Shown here: positions 63,286-64,000 of the stretch, in pieces
Layout of the letters: the number at the start of each line of letters is the position of its first letter
How positions within the stretch are numbered: position 1 is the first letter of the stretch
From: Paraspadella gotoi
Lineage: Eukaryota > Animalia > Chaetognatha
Direction: 5' to 3'
DNA: 64,000 nt
Assembly: GCA_051294375.1 (NCBI GenBank)
Contig: CM119263.1
Coordinates: 11,695,130-11,759,129 of the forward strand
The notes under the pieces: model-generated
Databases searched by the model: none
The model's input: the letters and a program-made list of their open reading frames with translations, nothing else
What the model was told of the DNA's origin: nothing
Program-made: the position numbers and the translations under genes

Positions 63286-63964
63286 TTAGAAAAAACTCTC
63301 ATTCGACCTTGATACCGAACCTGCCTCAATACTTAAAGCAGAATCTACTGTCTTTGCCGGGACAGTTTCGACTCTATTTATCACGTCATTTTCGGCTGCC
63401 TTCGATGAAAAGGGGCCGTTTATTGGTGTTGCATTTTCAAATGTCCCTTCCGTCAAAAAATTTTCTTGGCATTCGACTTTGACTTGGACGACCAGGGATT
63501 CCGGCGCCCTTGAAACTGATCCGTCTTTACGGTTTTCTTCTGTCCTTGCGACGGGAGAATACATCCAGGGTTCCGAGGATCTTCTGTCGGGCTGCGGCCT
63601 CGCTGCCAGGGCGTCGAAATGCAGACGACGCGTCTCTGCGGCGTCGCCATTTTTCGTGGTGGCGCTGGATTCGGCGATACACGGACGCGTGGAACCCTCG
63701 ACGGATTGGGAAACTAGGCACTCTTTCTGTTTTTGCGTGGCAGTCGGCTGTTCAAAGTAAAAAAAACTGGTCGATGGCTCACGCTATCACAATATTGTCG
63801 TAAAATGTGCTCAAAAAAAAGAAATTCATCGTAGGATTCTTGAAACCTAGTTACCGGTCTTTTTCGTCCTAAATCCACGCTGAGAAAATTTTCCATTCGA
63901 TCCCAATATTTTTTGTACATTTCGATGTCGTTGTGTCCCGCGTACGAGAGGAACAAAGGCGGAA
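63286..63964 (-). CDS. Terminal exon of an unknown gene continuing beyond the window
   Basis: Acceptor ttttag|TT at 63965. Adding one base to the 8-nt homopolymer at 63759-63766 fuses two ORFs into a single ~225-aa frame ending SNESFF*. Confidence 0.5.
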
Positions 63965-64000
63965 CTAAAATATTTGGCAAAAATAAATAAAATAAAATTA

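Overview
Metazoan (eukaryotic) genomic DNA with GC-rich exons, AT-rich introns and dense (AG/CT)n and (AAAG)n microsatellites; the species cannot be identified from the sequence. The backbone is the 5' part of an afadin (AF-6/canoe) gene on the + strand: seven phase-compatible exons (11471-60597) encode RA1, the linker and RA2, while exon 1 and the FHA/DIL/PDZ exons lie outside the window. Its introns appear to host about nine other genes. These are a GH18 chitinase (-), a type II membrane protein with three C-type lectin domains and an SRCR domain apparently inserted inside the third (-), a ~232-aa gene (+) that may itself enclose a ~2200-aa CxC-repeat gene (+), a 345-aa orphan (-), an intronless kinase-less protein with a PDK1-type PH domain (-), a small membrane protein (+), a 220-aa Cys-rich protein (+) and a terminal exon of another gene (-). 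Two introns need an AG|GCGAG (GC-AG) donor. Assembly quality is uneven: 1-3780 is read-noise-like and includes an insertion-riddled copy of 3780-5540, and ~26200-43040 is an inverted duplication around a 25-N gap whose arms differ by two large insertions (one Helentron/HINE-like). Gene models were hand-built from splice signals and reading-frame phase and need RNA confirmation.
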